Assembly: GCA_043801745.1 (NCBI GenBank)
Contig: JAZDLR010000001.1
Coordinates: 24,374 to 88,373 of the forward strand
Origin: Candidatus Komeilibacteria bacterium
GTDB taxonomy: Bacteria > Patescibacteriota > Patescibacteriia > UBA1558 > 2-01-FULL-52-15
Length of the DNA: 64,000 bases
Direction of reading: 5' to 3'
The position numbers and the translations under genes are program-made. The notes under the pieces were generated by a model. It searched no databases. It was not told the DNA's origin and saw only the letters and a program-made list of their open reading frames with translations. Below, piece after piece: positions 30,506 through 42,934 of the stretch (position 1 is the stretch's first letter; each line of letters begins with the position of its first letter).

Positions 30506-31915
30506 ATGAAACAGAAAAAACAACGCAGCACCCTACTGGCGCCTTTTATTATATTGATTATTTTAGCCGCTTCGTTAACAATGATCTTTTGGGTGTGCTT
30601 TCAGATGCGAAACCATGTACCGCTACGACGGGTAAATCATCCGATTGCTTCTGATCCGATGGCTGATTGGCAGACATACACCAATAATAACCTGGGATTC
30701 AGTTTAAAATTACCTCAACAATGGAGGACTCAAGATTACGGTAATAGTATTTATCTGGTTTCCCCAGAGAATGTTTACCCATACCCGAAATATCAATACA
30801 ACACCGCCGCAATAAATTTATCTCGCTACGCAGGGAAACCAAGAATTGCTGATTTAAAAAATGTATCAGACCTATCAATAAATGGTGTAACTGGAACGAG
30901 TGGTGTCGAATTAATTCTTCCTTATACAAAACACGTCATCCTGCATGGAACCACTAACGATATCATAGTTAGCTGGCCAGTCTTAATTCATGAAGACGGG
31001 ACGGTTGTAGATGAAAACGACATTTATAATCAAATCCTCTCCACCTTCAAATTTACTGATGACGCGGCAGATTGGAAAACTTATAACGATAAGGATGGCG
31101 GTTACACAATCAAATATCCATCGACCTGGAGGGTTTCAGATTTTGACCCACAATTTGTTAATATTATTCCACCCTCGGAAGATGTTCCTAATAAAGAAAC
31201 CTATGTTTCCTCTATTCGATTAGAATATTTTCCCAAGCCATTAGTCTCAAATAATGGCAGTATCGTTGGCAGAGATGAAGCTGTTTTCACTCTACAGGAC
31301 AGGAAGGAGATTACAGTTAATGGTACAAAAGCAACACAAGGTATAAAAAATGGCATTCCAAATTTATTTGTCACTCAGATCGCTACTGCCGACAAAACCT
31401 ACCAAATATATTGGCCGACAGTTAATGGATATTCAGAAACGTTTCAACAAATCCTCTCCACCTTCAAATTTGCGGATGATATGAGTGATTGGCAGACGTA
31501 TACGAATTCGAATTTACATTTTAGTTTCAAATATCCTGCTGATTGGCATATTAGTAACGACACACTACCAACTATATTACCAGCTGACGCCCAACGAGTG
31601 GATCAATCTCTATCTTTCTTATCAGAATCTGGAGATAAACACCTTATGTTTTTTGTTAATCCCCCCGCTTTTGGACCATTTTTTAACCAAAAAAATATTC
31701 TCATTAAACAGACCACTAAGGGTTTAAATATCTTATCTGAACAAGATAATAATGTTGAAGAAAATCTAGACAGTAAAACTTATGCGGTAGGAGTTTCCGA
31801 AGATTCTATGGATCAGCCAAGCTATTGGATGAACTTTAGCGCACCCATTGCTGAAAAGGATGAATTATTGACCACTATTAAAAATATTATTACAAGTTTT
31901 AGCTTCACAAAATAA
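30506..31915 (+). CDS. Membrane-anchored protein with three PsbP-like repeats
   Basis: N-terminal TM; 3x DW(Q/K)TY..(F/Y)xxK(L/Y)PxxW...(QILSTFKF). Confidence 0.8.
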   Translation: MKQKKQRSTLLAPFIILIILAASLTMIFWVCFQMRNHVPLRRVNHPIASDPMADWQTYTNNNLGFSLKLPQQWRTQDYGNSIYLVSPENVYPYPKYQYNTAAINLSRYAGKPRIADLKNVSDLSINGVTGTSGVELILPYTKHVILHGTTNDIIVSWPVLIHEDGTVVDENDIYNQILSTFKFTDDAADWKTYNDKDGGYTIKYPSTWRVSDFDPQFVNIIPPSEDVPNKETYVSSIRLEYFPKPLVSNNGSIVGRDEAVFTLQDRKEITVNGTKATQGIKNGIPNLFVTQIATADKTYQIYWPTVNGYSETFQQILSTFKFADDMSDWQTYTNSNLHFSFKYPADWHISNDTLPTILPADAQRVDQSLSFLSESGDKHLMFFVNPPAFGPFFNQKNILIKQTTKGLNILSEQDNNVEENLDSKTYAVGVSEDSMDQPSYWMNFSAPIAEKDELLTTIKNIITSFSFTK

Positions 31916-31977
31916 ACCGTCAATCATTTATCCCTAATGTTCAAGAGCCGGAACGCTAAGCGTTCCGGCTCTTCTTG

Positions 31978-32304
31978 TCACAGCGGCTCCCAAGGCAACC
32001 TTTCGCTCAGAAGCCTGGAGGCGATTTCCCGCAACTTACTTTCGATCGTTCCCCGAAATACTCCGAACACCAGAGGTAACTCTCCACCAATGGTCACGTT
32101 GTCTTCGGAGATCGCGGCTGTGCCGAATATCACGTATCCTTGAGCCGAGAAGGAAAAATGCAGCACCGGACCATCCCAGTGATATCTGACATCACGCAGG
32201 GTTCCTTGGTGAGTCAGCATTAGCTGCGGCAACAGCTGGTCAATCAACAGAAACACATTGGCCATGGCCTTAGAATGAGCAATGCAAACTTCAAACCCCG
32301 GCAT
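31978..32304 (-). CDS. Polyhydroxyalkanoic-acid-system (PHA_gran_rgn)-like protein
   Basis: H..WDGPVLHFSF..GTAAISEDNVTIGGELP..FRGTIESKL pattern; AAGGGGG SD. Confidence 0.65.
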   Translation of the reverse strand: MPGFEVCIAHSKAMANVFLLIDQLLPQLMLTHQGTLRDVRYHWDGPVLHFSFSAQGYVIFGTAAISEDNVTIGGELPLVFGVFRGTIESKLREIASRLLSERLPWEPL

Positions 32305-32561
32305 ATAACCCCCTTATAGCGAAGGTATTCAGACAACTACTCAAAGGTACCGGAAAAAGACATTGAATCATTGTCCTAACTATTTGTCAAAGAGATTTAA
32401 TAATATCGAAAACCGCACGATCGGCCATTGGCCGACGATCGAGCGGCTTTTTAATTACAAATAATCCTTATTTCCTAGCCAAATCAGCCAAAAATTGCTA
32501 TAATTTTCAAGTTATTCTTTGTTCGGGCTACCTCCTAATGCCTAACGCCTAATTCCTAAAC

Positions 32562-35171
32562 ATGTATTTACAAAAACTGGAAATCCAAGGCTTCAAATCT
32601 TTTGCTCATCAAATAGAGTTGGTCTTTAACCGTGAATTAACAGCCATTGTCGGACCCAATGGCTCAGGCAAATCTAACATTGCTGATTCCGTGCGCTGGG
32701 TCTTGGGCGAACAGAGCGTTAAATTATTACGCGGAAAAAAATCTGATGACGTGATTTTTTCCGGTTCCGACAAAAAGGCCCGGCTAAGTTTCGCTCAAGT
32801 TGATCTGCATCTGGATAATAGCGATCATCAGGCGCCGGTTGATTATGATCAGATAGTCATCAGCCGCAAAATCTACCGTGACGGCGAAAGTGAATATTTA
32901 TTAAATAATACTAAGGTTCGCTTATCCGATATCCAAATCTTATTGGCCAAGTCACACTTTGGCCAGAAAACCTACAGCGTCATTGGTCAGGGCACAGTTG
33001 ATCATTTATTAACTCTGTCTTCAGCCGAACGTAAAGATTTTTTTGACGAAGCTACCGGCGTTAAACAGTATCAGATCAAAAAAGACCAATCAGTAAATAA
33101 ATTACTGGCCACGCATGAAAATTTAATCCAAGCGGAAAATATTTTAACGGAAATTACTCCCCGTCTGCGTTCCTTATCGCGGCAAGTGCGCCGGTTGGAA
33201 TTAAAAGAAGAGAATGAAAAAAAACTTCAGGATCTGCAAACGCAATATTACAGTTTCTTATCCCAAACCTTACAAACGGAGCTAAATAAAGTTCAAGGCG
33301 AAAAGAAACAACAGGAAAGCAAAGTGGCGAAAGTTAAAACCGAACTGGATAAAGTCGGCAGTCAATTAGAACAGCAATCAGTCGGGCCTTCAAGAAATCA
33401 GGAATTTGATTTACTGCAGAAAAAGTTAACTACCCTGCAGGATGAATACAATCTCTTAAGCCGCGAGAAAACCCGTCTGGAAGGCAGCCGCGATCTGGAT
33501 CTGATGAAATCCGGCAAACAGGATCTGGTCTGGCTACAGGCACGGTTAGATACCGTTAACAACAAGGTCAGCAAACTGCAAATTGAGGTTGAGGAACATA
33601 GCCGCACACTGACAACTAAGAAAAAGCTAACGCAGGATTTGGGTCAGAAAATCTCGGCTCTGGATCTGCAGATTAAACAAATAGAAAAGCAGATGCGGGA
33701 AAATCTGGAGCCGCATGCTGACTGGGATAAATTAGCGGCAGCCGCGTCTAAACTGGAATCTGATCAGGTGGAACTGGACGAACTGATTCAATTAGCCGCC
33801 GATGACTCCGGCTGGCAGCAGGTCAAGAAAACTTGGTTGAATTTTGGTCAGAGTTTAAAGACCTTTTGGCAAACTTTCCGTAAGCCCTCGCCAGCTAATC
33901 AAACTAAACTCTTAGAAGAGTTTCAGAAATTATTAGCTGAGAAAGACGTTCTCCAGCGGCAGTTACAAACGGAAAAGCTGGCCGAACAAAGTAGTGAGCA
34001 ACAGGTTGTCTCACTTAAACAGCAGTTGCAGGAATTAGAACAGGAAAAAATCAAAATCAACGAGCAAATGACTGACGCCGGTGGCCGCTCTTCGACTGTC
34101 AATGCCAGCCAGCTGCAGGAATTAGCTTCTAAGCTAACTAAACAGGCGCAAGCTATTGCCGAGATCACCAAACAAATTGGCAACTTCAACCAATTAGAAG
34201 AGGGCAAGAAGCAACAAATACTGGAGTGGCAGAAAAGCTTCAGCCGTGCGCAGTATGATTACAATTTGCTGGGTCAGGATTTGAATAAATATAATATTGA
34301 GCTAGCTAAATTAGAAACCCGCGAAGAAGATCTGCAACGGGAAATTAGAGAAGAGTTTCCGCAGTTTCAGGCGACTAAGGTTAGTAGCCTGAATTCTGAA
34401 GAAGTCCGCGATAAAATAAATGATCTAAAAAAGCAATTGGCTGTCATCGGCAGTATTGATGAAGCTACGATGTCGGAATATACCGAAGTGAAAGAACGGC
34501 ACACATTTTTAACGCAACAAACGGCTGATCTGAAACAGGCTACCGCCAGTTTACAGAAATTAATTAAAGAACTGGACGAAACAATTGCCAAACAGTTTAA
34601 TGACAATTTCGTCCATATTAATACTTACTTTAATAAATACTTTAAAAAACTCTTTAGTGGCGGTACGGCGAAATTAATCTTAGAAATGAAACAGCCGGAG
34701 GAAGAGGATCTTGGGACTGGGGACTCGGAACCCGTCGGTACATCCTCAACAACAAGCCCCAAGTCCCAAGTCCCAAGTCCCGATAAAAGTCGAGAGTTAA
34801 AGTTCCAATCCTTAGAATATGGTATTGAAATTCAAGCCACGCCTCCGGGTAAAAGATTATCCGGCATTGCCATGCTTTCCGGCGGTGAGAAAGCTTTAAC
34901 TGCTATTGCTCTGATCTCCGCCATTATTGCTAACAACCCCTCGCCCTTTGTCGTGCTGGATGAAGTTGACGCCGCTCTGGATGAAGCTAATTCCGTGCGC
35001 TTCGCCGAAATCATTGATGAGCTTTCGGATAAAACTCAATTCATTGCTATAACGCATAACCGCGCTACCATGCAACAGGCCAAAATACTTTATGGTGTGA
35101 CTATGGGTGATGATGGTATTTCACGCCTATTGTCAGTTAACTTTAGTGAGGCTGATAAGATAGCCGCCTAA
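32562..35171 (+). CDS. smc: SMC-family chromosome segregation ATPase, short (869 aa)
   Basis: GFKSF, GPNGSGKSN, coiled coil, LSGGEKALTA, LDEVDAALDEAN, QFIAITH. Confidence 0.93.
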   Translation: MYLQKLEIQGFKSFAHQIELVFNRELTAIVGPNGSGKSNIADSVRWVLGEQSVKLLRGKKSDDVIFSGSDKKARLSFAQVDLHLDNSDHQAPVDYDQIVISRKIYRDGESEYLLNNTKVRLSDIQILLAKSHFGQKTYSVIGQGTVDHLLTLSSAERKDFFDEATGVKQYQIKKDQSVNKLLATHENLIQAENILTEITPRLRSLSRQVRRLELKEENEKKLQDLQTQYYSFLSQTLQTELNKVQGEKKQQESKVAKVKTELDKVGSQLEQQSVGPSRNQEFDLLQKKLTTLQDEYNLLSREKTRLEGSRDLDLMKSGKQDLVWLQARLDTVNNKVSKLQIEVEEHSRTLTTKKKLTQDLGQKISALDLQIKQIEKQMRENLEPHADWDKLAAAASKLESDQVELDELIQLAADDSGWQQVKKTWLNFGQSLKTFWQTFRKPSPANQTKLLEEFQKLLAEKDVLQRQLQTEKLAEQSSEQQVVSLKQQLQELEQEKIKINEQMTDAGGRSSTVNASQLQELASKLTKQAQAIAEITKQIGNFNQLEEGKKQQILEWQKSFSRAQYDYNLLGQDLNKYNIELAKLETREEDLQREIREEFPQFQATKVSSLNSEEVRDKINDLKKQLAVIGSIDEATMSEYTEVKERHTFLTQQTADLKQATASLQKLIKELDETIAKQFNDNFVHINTYFNKYFKKLFSGGTAKLILEMKQPEEEDLGTGDSEPVGTSSTTSPKSQVPSPDKSRELKFQSLEYGIEIQATPPGKRLSGIAMLSGGEKALTAIALISAIIANNPSPFVVLDEVDAALDEANSVRFAEIIDELSDKTQFIAITHNRATMQQAKILYGVTMGDDGISRLLSVNFSEADKIAA

Positions 35172-35263
35172 CCTCACCCCAACCCTCTCCTTAGAAAAGG
35201 AGAGGGAGGATGCACAGTGGGATAGTGTTCCTCTCCTTTTGAAGGAGAGGGCAGGTGAGGTAT
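35171..35263. repeat. Composite REP-like element
   Basis: Inverted copy of 17195-17310. Confidence 0.9.
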
Positions 35264-35399
35264 TCAAAAAAACATATGAATTGACATAATCCCTCTCCTA
35301 TAGTAATATCCTCCCATCAATATCTTCTTGATACTTGATTCCTACTCACAGCGCGAAATAGCTAATCAGTAGGACAGAACAACTAAGTACCATAAGCTT

Positions 35400-35849
35400 A
35401 TGCTTACTATCCGTCTTTCCCGGATCGGCAAAAAGAAGAAGCCCTTCTATCGCCTGATCGTATCCGAGAAAACTAAAGACCCCTGGGGAACGTTCTTAGA
35501 ACAGTTGGGTCATTTTAATCCCCACACTAAACAAACCGTGCTGAAAACTGACCGGATCAAATACTGGATCAGTGTCGGCGCGCAGATGTCTAACACCGTC
35601 AGCAACCTCTTGGTTAAAGAAGGTGTAATTAAAGATAAGAAAAAGAAATCGGTCTATATCTCGAAAAACCGTCACGCCAAAATTGAAAAAGCCAAGCCTC
35701 AGCCACAGCCAGAGGCTGTCAAAGGAAAGGCTGATGAGAAACCAGTTGAGTCTGCTCCGGTAGCTGAAGAAAAACCTGAACCAAAAAAAGAAGCCAAGGT
35801 TGAGGAAGTAAAAACCGAAGAACCAAAGGCTGAAGAAACTAAAGAATAA
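35400..35849 (+). CDS. rpsP: 30S ribosomal protein S16 with Lys/Glu/Pro-rich tail
   Basis: MLTIRLSRIGKKKKPFYRLIV, WISVGAQMSNTV. Confidence 0.96.
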   Translation: MLTIRLSRIGKKKKPFYRLIVSEKTKDPWGTFLEQLGHFNPHTKQTVLKTDRIKYWISVGAQMSNTVSNLLVKEGVIKDKKKKSVYISKNRHAKIEKAKPQPQPEAVKGKADEKPVESAPVAEEKPEPKKEAKVEEVKTEEPKAEETKE

Positions 35850-36027
35850 TAAATTTCCAAAGAAACCCTGAATCAAGGGTTTCTTTTTATTGATAAAACC
35901 CGACGTCATGTTGACCGTCGGGTTGAAAGAGCGGAGCGCCCCGGGGCTGCAATCAGCTGGAACCCGGATGCCGCCCGGGTTGTCAACTAATCACAGTTGG
36001 GTCTGGGCGCTCCGCCGCATCTGTTGC

Positions 36028-36234
36028 CTATCGCCTACCCGGGAAGTCGCGCTCCATCCTGAATCTCCCCGACCGACCGGTTGGAGGAAATGCATCGCCC
36101 TCCATTTCGCGAATCATCTCCTCTTCTTCAGGGGTTAGCGAGATTGGGCGCATCCCTTTGGAAATTGGGATCGGGCCAGGAGGCAGGGTTTCAAACCCAT
36201 AAATCGTCGTTGTGAATATTCTCATCTCTCTCAT
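36028..36234 (-). CDS. Orphan small protein
   Basis: GAGGAG SD before ATG 36234; promoter TTGACG-N17-TATTCT. Confidence 0.55.
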   Translation of the reverse strand: MREMRIFTTTIYGFETLPPGPIPISKGMRPISLTPEEEEMIREMEGDAFPPTGRSGRFRMERDFPGRR

Positions 36235-36424
36235 AGTTGCTCCTCTCGCAACAAGTAGGGTTGCCCCAGATAAAAACGTGTACAATATTTATTCGGTAGA
36301 ATACAACCTATACCATCAAACGTCAATAATGCCTAAAGATTGACAAACTATTATTTTATGGTAATATCTATTTCATGATTGTTAAGAAGCAATCATAGAT
36401 CTTAAAAAAGTAAGTCATTAACGA

Positions 36425-36739
36425 ATGGCAGAAAAAGACCTGGAGTTTCTAGAGTACGTGGTTAAGACTCTAGTTGATAATCCGAATGACGTCCACATCG
36501 ACCGAACGGTAGATGAAATGGGAGTCCTATTAACCCTCAAGGTTAACCCCAAGGACATGGGTCAGATCATTGGCCGCGAAGGCCAGACCGCCCGTTCCTT
36601 GAGAACGCTACTGCGCGTTGTTGGCGCTAAGAATAATTCTCGCGTCAATCTGAAGATCTATGAACCGGAAGGTTCTCGCCGAATGCCAGAAGCAGCCCCT
36701 GCGGCCAGCGATACTGGTATGGAAGATCTGAAATTGTAA
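36425..36739 (+). CDS. khpA: KH-domain RNA-binding protein KhpA
   Basis: LVDNPNDV, DMGQIIGREGQTARSLRTLL; rpsP-trmD context. Confidence 0.92.
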   Translation: MAEKDLEFLEYVVKTLVDNPNDVHIDRTVDEMGVLLTLKVNPKDMGQIIGREGQTARSLRTLLRVVGAKNNSRVNLKIYEPEGSRRMPEAAPAASDTGMEDLKL

Positions 36740-36954
36740 GTTACAAACTACAAAAGCCACCAGAATATTGAGTGGCTTTTGTTATTTTAAGGTGTTTGTC
36801 GAGCTGAGCTCGACAAAACTTTTGCCTACTTTTGGTTACAAAAGTAGGTTTACCCACCAAAGCTCCTGTGGAGCGTCGGTGGGGCCTCCCCGGCGAGGGG
36901 ATAAAAAAATCAAAAAATGGCATTTATCATTAACCGCTGCTATAATAGCCAAGT

Positions 36955-38730
36955 ATGAAATTATCTCCCCGAGCAAAATTAACTCTAGCAACAGCTGAAG
37001 AAGCCGGCCGGATTTTATTATCTGAAGCCAAAAGGATCAGACACGATAAAGTGGGTCAACAAAATATTTCTATTAAAAATGACCTGACTCCGGGCAAAAT
37101 TGATCTAGTAACTTCAGTGGATAAATTATTAGATTCATATATTACTAAACAATTAAAACAAAAGTATCCTAACGATTTTTTCTTAACTGAAGAATCATAT
37201 GTTGCAACTGCTGATCGCCTAAGACTAACTCATAAATCCGTCTGGATTATTGATCCTATTGATGGGACACGGGATTTCTCGCAATTTTTACTAGGAGAAG
37301 CTAAAAAAAGACGGCAACACAGCTTTTCTATTTGCCTTGCCTGGGCTAAAAAAGGAATCTTGCAAATAGGGGCTATATATACGCCAGTTCTTTCAGAAAT
37401 CTGGGTAGCAGAAAAGGGTCGCGGCACCTGGTATAAAAAAGGTAACTCCCAATGGCGTAAATTAATCATGCAACCAAAAAAATCAGCCCGATTAACTATT
37501 GCCCTAAACTCTCATGAACGGGTAACCCATGAAAACACCCCTCAATTGGCCGGACACAAATTCGTCTTTCCCAGCTCGCTGGCTTATCGCATCGTTGGGA
37601 CAACTACTGGTCATCATGATATGTTAATTTCCTTTAAAGGCGGCAGTAAAGAATGGGACGTAGCTGCTGCCGATATTATTCTTCAAGAGGCTGGCGGTCT
37701 TTTGCTTGATGCTGACAAAAAAATGATCCGCTATAATAAACCCGATCTAGTCAACCACTTATTGCTTATTGCCGGTCATCCCAAAAATATTGATAGGTTA
37801 TTACCTCTGATTCAGAAAAAATCTTTAGCTTTAATCGGTTCAATCAGCCACTCAACTCCGCTTTATCCTGATGGTGTCCGCGAACGCTTTGGCGGTGGTG
37901 TGATCTATGGTTCAGAAACTGCGAAAAAATTAGGCTTAGATGTGCACGTCATTACTGCCGGAGCCAATGATATTGAAGGCGGTATTAAACAATTACGGAA
38001 ACAACAAATCTGGTCCGTGAGACTAAAAAGGAAATTAAGCAATAATTTTGCTAATGATTGCACCAAACCCAAAAGAATACTGAGGATGGGGTCAATTATG
38101 GAGCGCCCTATTACCAAGCGGGAATTAACGAAACATATCCCCAATGCTGACGGCTGGATTTTAAATCCGATTTATCACGAGGTTTCGCCCGACATGGTTC
38201 CGGCTAAAAGAAATTTTGTCGTCTATATGGACATACAAGGATTGACCAGAGCCGTGACCAGAGCCAGTGACGGCTACTGGCATTTAAAAGATCATAAATG
38301 GCCGGGCTGGAAACAGTGGAAAGGTAAATTAGATATCCTGCGCCTAAGTGATGAAGACGCCGAGCATATGGCTTTTCCGGCTAAATGTAAAAATCTAAAA
38401 TCCCGTCTGCACTATCTGGTAACGCAAGGATTTCCTATAGTCGTGGCTTCGCAAGGAACCAAACCAACTTTAGTGGCTACGAAAAAAGGAATTAAAGAAA
38501 TTCCGGTTACTAAAGTTGATGCTGTAGATACCGGCGGTGCTGGTGACAGTTTTAACGCCGGATTTATGGCTGGTTATTTAACTTATAAAGATCCCATCGT
38601 AGCCGCGGCTTTTGGTAATGCCGCCGCCGGCCTGATGGTCAGTGGTAAGGGCACGACAAATTGCGGCAATTGGCAGCAAGTGGAAACTAAGGCTAAACTT
38701 ATTCTCAAGAAAATTAACTATGCGCTTTGA
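36955..38730 (+). CDS. Fusion of inositol monophosphatase/CysQ-like phosphatase and PfkB-family kinase
   Basis: DLVTSVD, TEE, WIIDPIDGT, WDVAAADIILQEAGG; C-terminal DTGGAGDSFNAGF. Confidence 0.88.
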   Translation: MKLSPRAKLTLATAEEAGRILLSEAKRIRHDKVGQQNISIKNDLTPGKIDLVTSVDKLLDSYITKQLKQKYPNDFFLTEESYVATADRLRLTHKSVWIIDPIDGTRDFSQFLLGEAKKRRQHSFSICLAWAKKGILQIGAIYTPVLSEIWVAEKGRGTWYKKGNSQWRKLIMQPKKSARLTIALNSHERVTHENTPQLAGHKFVFPSSLAYRIVGTTTGHHDMLISFKGGSKEWDVAAADIILQEAGGLLLDADKKMIRYNKPDLVNHLLLIAGHPKNIDRLLPLIQKKSLALIGSISHSTPLYPDGVRERFGGGVIYGSETAKKLGLDVHVITAGANDIEGGIKQLRKQQIWSVRLKRKLSNNFANDCTKPKRILRMGSIMERPITKRELTKHIPNADGWILNPIYHEVSPDMVPAKRNFVVYMDIQGLTRAVTRASDGYWHLKDHKWPGWKQWKGKLDILRLSDEDAEHMAFPAKCKNLKSRLHYLVTQGFPIVVASQGTKPTLVATKKGIKEIPVTKVDAVDTGGAGDSFNAGFMAGYLTYKDPIVAAAFGNAAAGLMVSGKGTTNCGNWQQVETKAKLILKKINYAL

Positions 38731-39394
38731 TCTACTCACCATCTTCCCCCATTCTCTGGATTCCTATTTTAATGAATCTATTCTTAAGCGCGGACAGGCA
38801 AAAAAATTGATAACCATCAAAACACACGACATTCGTAGTGTGACTAAAGACAAACATCACACTGTGGATGATAAACCTTATGGCGGCGGGGCCGGTATGG
38901 TGATGAAGGTAGATATTGTTCACAAGGCACTGCTGAAAATATATAAGAAAACATCGAAAACGACCCGGGTTATTTTATTATCCCCGCGTGGTGATTTTTT
39001 TACGCAAAATGAGGCTAAGCGATTAGCTAAATATCAGCGGTTAATTTTAATTTCCGGACATTATGAATCAATTGACAGCCGGATTGAAGATTACGTGGAT
39101 GAAATTATTTCTATCGGTCCTTATGTGCTGACCGGCGGTGAACTGCCGGCCGCTTGTATCATTGATTCTGTCTCCCGTCTGATCACGGGCGTGGTTGGTA
39201 AAGCCGAATCCATCAAAGACGAATCCTACCAGCAAATAGCTAAGGGTCAGACTCAAACTGAATACCCCCACTATACCCGCCCCGAGGTTTACCGTGGGAA
39301 AAAGGTGCCCACCGTCTTGCTGTCCGGTAATCACCAGAAGATTGCTCACTGGCGGCAGCAGCAGAAAAAGACCAGCAAATTAGCTCATGACTGA
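38720..39394 (+). CDS. trmD: tRNA (guanine37-N1)-methyltransferase
   Basis: VDDKPYGGGAGMVM, SGHYESID, SIGPYVLTGGE, YPHYTRP, LLSGNH. Confidence 0.97.
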   Translation: MRFDLLTIFPHSLDSYFNESILKRGQAKKLITIKTHDIRSVTKDKHHTVDDKPYGGGAGMVMKVDIVHKALLKIYKKTSKTTRVILLSPRGDFFTQNEAKRLAKYQRLILISGHYESIDSRIEDYVDEIISIGPYVLTGGELPAACIIDSVSRLITGVVGKAESIKDESYQQIAKGQTQTEYPHYTRPEVYRGKKVPTVLLSGNHQKIAHWRQQQKKTSKLAHD

Positions 39395-40625
39395 GCGAAA
39401 TTATTTTTATTACTCACTACTGACAGCAGTGGTCTTGATCTTACTGCTGCTGACTAAAATCGTTTATAGCTCTGCCAACGATTTATCCCGTTTTTTTACC
39501 ATTCGCTCTGTAGGTGTTGAACATACACTAGTAATTTTTCAAGACGCTGAAACTAAATATGCTGATACCATCTATCTTCCTGGCCGCGGCTGGTATTCTG
39601 ATAAGCCGCCGCTTCTTTCTATTACCGCTGCCGGTATTTTTTTGCTCTTACGTTCACTCGGGATTCTGTCAGATCCGGTTTTAGCATCCAGCGCTAATGC
39701 CAACTATTATATACTGACTTTGATTTTTTCCGGTCTGCCGTTGCTGATTTTTTTCTGGTTGTGGCACCGGGCGCTCAAAAAAATGACTCTAGCAAAACGC
39801 AGCCAAAATTTTTGGCTGCTCTTAGGCGCTGGTGGTACCCTGCTGCTACCCTTTGCCACAATTTTCTCCAATCATGTTATCACCGCTCTCTTAGCTTTTG
39901 TCTCGTTCTATTTAATTATTGCTAAAAAAATAACCAGCAAAACTCTCTGGGCTTTGGGATTACTAGTCGGACTGCTGCCGGCCATTGATGTGCCCTTTGG
40001 TTTTTTTTGGCTTATCATCATTACCCTACTTATTTGGCCGCAGATCAAAAAAAATTACTGGCCCTATCTGATTAGCCTTATTCCCGGAATTATCTTAACT
40101 CTATTTCTTAACTGGCTGACCAGCGGCAACATCTTACCAATGTATCTTGTTGCCAAACAATATTTATCACTGCCGCAAAATAACTGGCGAACTGATCTGA
40201 CAATTCGGCCGCCCTGGCAAATTGTAGTAGACTTCGGACAAGCGTTAGTGGGATTAAAAAAAGGACTATTTGTCTACACTCCCATTTTACTTCTGGGCTT
40301 CTGGGCACTCCTACGCAACACCCGATCATTACTCCTAGGCTATCAGCGTCAGGTCCTTTTTTGGGGTAGTCTGATCTATATCTTCAGCGTTATTGCCCTA
40401 ACCAATGATCTGGGCGGCCAATCCTATGGCCTACGCTGGGCGCTTCCTTTGGTCCCTATTTGGCTCTGGGCCGCAGCTGAATATTGGCCCCAATTAAGCA
40501 CCAAAAGTAAGTATATCTGGGCCATTATTGGTCTTTTCTCCGTCTTGATGTCTATTGGCGGTCTTATTGATCCCTGGCAGTCAACTCAAAATTTTACCTT
40601 GTGGAACCTGGTCGCCAGCCTCTAA
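39387..40625 (+). CDS. Polytopic membrane protein, GT-C glycosyltransferase-like
   Basis: About 10 TM helices, YSDKPPLLS, GLFVYTP, YGLRW. Confidence 0.7.
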   Translation: MTERNYFYYSLLTAVVLILLLLTKIVYSSANDLSRFFTIRSVGVEHTLVIFQDAETKYADTIYLPGRGWYSDKPPLLSITAAGIFLLLRSLGILSDPVLASSANANYYILTLIFSGLPLLIFFWLWHRALKKMTLAKRSQNFWLLLGAGGTLLLPFATIFSNHVITALLAFVSFYLIIAKKITSKTLWALGLLVGLLPAIDVPFGFFWLIIITLLIWPQIKKNYWPYLISLIPGIILTLFLNWLTSGNILPMYLVAKQYLSLPQNNWRTDLTIRPPWQIVVDFGQALVGLKKGLFVYTPILLLGFWALLRNTRSLLLGYQRQVLFWGSLIYIFSVIALTNDLGGQSYGLRWALPLVPIWLWAAAEYWPQLSTKSKYIWAIIGLFSVLMSIGGLIDPWQSTQNFTLWNLVASL

Positions 40626-40694
40626 TCACCTGCCAGCACTTTTACCCTGCCATTCGGGGACTTGTCCCGTTAGAAGCAACGCTTCTAACGGGAC

Positions 40695-40723
40695 TTGACA
40701 AGAGGCCCAACCTTGTCTAAACT
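40695..40723 (+). promoter_or_regulatory. 16S rRNA promoter
   Basis: TTGACA-N17-TAAACT; boxA-like GCACCTTGACAAC at 41021-41033. Confidence 0.75.
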
Positions 40724-41156
40724 GATGCTACTTGCTCTTTGTAGCCCCTTTATCCATCAACATCCATTTCATTTCCTTGAGGCTTGAAACCTCATACCGG
40801 AGTAGCTGCCGGTAACAATCTAATGAGTTGAGAACAAACAGTAGTATCTGTAGCTCGGGTATTTCTGTTTTTTCTTAACGCCGAATCCGTGGCCAAAGGA
40901 TAAATGGAACCTAAATAAATTTCTGACGTTCCGATTCGAAGACCGCGAATGGCGTTAACCCGCCGTATCGAGCTCAGCTCGAGAAGGAGGGTTGTCCGAC
41001 ATTAAACGAACAAGAGAAGAGCACCTTGACAACTGAATCAACAGCAACACCATTAGATAGTGAATAACAATTGAAATGTGACGGTTAATGTCAATTCGTT
41101 GCTGCGTTCTGCGCAGTAACATAACATGAATTTTTTTCGAGCCTACAAGCTCACTC

Positions 41157-42773
<1,617 letters not shown>

Positions 42774-42934
42774 CTAAGGAGATATTGTTCTCTACTTCAC
42801 GGTAGAGAATATTAGTCGAGTCTCTGCAAAGAGATAATTTCATCAGGGCGACCTGGTGGAGACAAGTCTCCCGCCATCGGCGGGAGCAGCATTAGCCGTC
42901 GCATTTTAGTTGTTATAAGTGTTGCAATAAAATA

